51,879 nt of DNA, taken from positions 1-51,879 of the forward strand of contig JBILLI010000001.1 of NCBI GenBank assembly GCA_044376155.1, in the 5' to 3' direction. Of the stretch, positions 51,184 through 51,879 are shown one piece after another. Each line of letters begins with the position of its first letter. Positions within the stretch are counted from its first letter, which is position 1. The notes under the pieces are model-generated. The model was not told the DNA's origin. It saw only the letters and a list, made by a program, of their open reading frames with translations, and made no database searches. Source of the DNA: Polyangiales bacterium (GTDB lineage: Bacteria > Myxococcota_A > Polyangia > Polyangiales > Ga0077539). The translations under genes and the position numbers were made by a program.

Positions 51184-51879
51184 TCGAACACCGTCGCCCA
51201 CGAGTCGATGCGCGCGGGGAAGATCGGCGTGCTCAGCGGGCGCGACACGCTCTGCGTGCGGGTGCCCATGTTCATGCCGGTCTGTACGATGTTCAGGTAG
51301 AGCCGATACTCGCCGCCGTTGGACGAGCTCACGAAGCTCCGCGGCTGTCCCGTGAGGGGGTCGCTGGAGGTCGTGGTCACATTGCACGACGCGCGGCGCG
51401 CGGCGGTCACGCCGAACAGGATGGTGTTGGCGTCGTCGGTGTTGTCGGAGTTGTTGTTCAGATCCCGCGTAGACCGCACGATGTCGTTGGTCGTCGCGGG
51501 GTTGCCGTCGAGGTCGAGGCGCGCCAGGGGCGTGACCGAGTTCGCGCCGTCGGCCTTCGCCATGTCGACGCCCCAGAGCCGGGCGAAGCCGATGTCGCAG
51601 GGGTCCGTGCCGCTCTGAGGGACGAAGGTGCCGAAGTACAGCACGTTGTTGAACAGCGTCAGCTGCCCCGTGAGCCGCTCGCCCGCAAAGAGCCCGCGGG
51701 TGGTGTCCATGTCCGGGCGCAACTCCCAGATCGCCTGCACGTCAATCGCCGAGGCCAGGCCGTTGCCGTCCACCGACGCGGCCTCCAGGATCGACGCGAC
51801 CCGGTTCTCGTGGGTGCCTTCGAGGAGGTCGGGGTCGCCAGAGCCGAAGGCCACGAGGGTTCGCCCCTGGCTGTCGACG
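51180..51879 (-). CDS. C-terminal part of a PilY1-like (type IV pilus tip adhesin-like) beta-propeller protein; 5' end lies outside the window
   Basis: The frame stays open to the window edge (no stop between 51855 and 51878). VAFGSGDPDLL, NNVLYFGTFVP...DPC and ARLWGVD resemble the PilY1/PilC C-terminal domain. Assignment is tentative. Confidence 0.5.
   Translation of the reverse strand, partial: VDSQGRTLVAFGSGDPDLLEGTHENRVASILEAASVDGNGLASAIDVQAIWELRPDMDTTRGLFAGERLTGQLTLFNNVLYFGTFVPQSGTDPCDIGFARLWGVDMAKADGANSVTPLARLDLDGNPATTNDIVRSTRDLNNNSDNTDDANTILFGVTAARRASCNVTTTSSDPLTGQPRSFVSSSNGGEYRLYLNIVQTGMNMGTRTQSVSRPLSTPIFPARIDSWATVFE

Overview
Very GC-rich segment (about 70% by eye, with third codon positions almost saturated with G/C). 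I call about 45 tightly packed genes on both strands. I found no rRNA, tRNA, CRISPR array, transposase or integrase. The many 200-1300 aa ORFs in the track that run antisense or out of frame to these genes are GC artefacts. The gene content suggests a myxobacterium (Myxococcota, Polyangia-like), by inference only. Supporting content: a MYXO-CTERM-tailed matrixin, two eukaryotic-like Ser/Thr kinases, two FHA-domain sigma-54 activators, giant Cys-rich repeat surface proteins, and an EutN/CcmL pair plus aldolase.

Readily recognisable genes: pyruvate phosphate dikinase, archaeal-type glycogen debranching enzyme, cytochrome P450, bestrophin-like channel, ECF sigma factor, rhomboid protease, hybrid histidine kinase, J-domain/TPR protein, c-type cytochrome lipoprotein, FGE/SUMF1-like protein, Sfp-type PPTase, TrmO, SPFH protein, and a SAM methyltransferase with regulatory domain.

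Most interesting observations:
1. A microcompartment satellite locus at 9072-10302 (two BMC-P pentamer genes translationally coupled to a class II aldolase). It sits directly behind an FHA-GAF-sigma54 activator, and the window has no hexamer or trimer shell genes.
2. A signal-peptide protein at 38566-39573 whose motifs line up block by block with the metazoan Golgi kinase FAM20C. It is divergently paired with a 2124-aa Cys-rich/FG-GAP surface protein.
3. An 898-aa lipoprotein at 41204-43900 whose C-terminal half looks like a tandem BPI/LBP/CETP (TULIP) lipid-binding domain fused to Ig-like domains.
4. An ECF sigma factor whose downstream partner is a rhomboid protease with a long N-terminal extension, in the position normally held by an anti-sigma factor.
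5. A Ser/Thr kinase-methyltransferase operon divergent from a second FHA-sigma54 activator.
6. A three-gene cluster of unknown function at 11166-14311 that includes a 10-TM protein with membrane-embedded His motifs.

All family assignments come from motif recognition by eye. None has been checked with HMM or BLAST searches.
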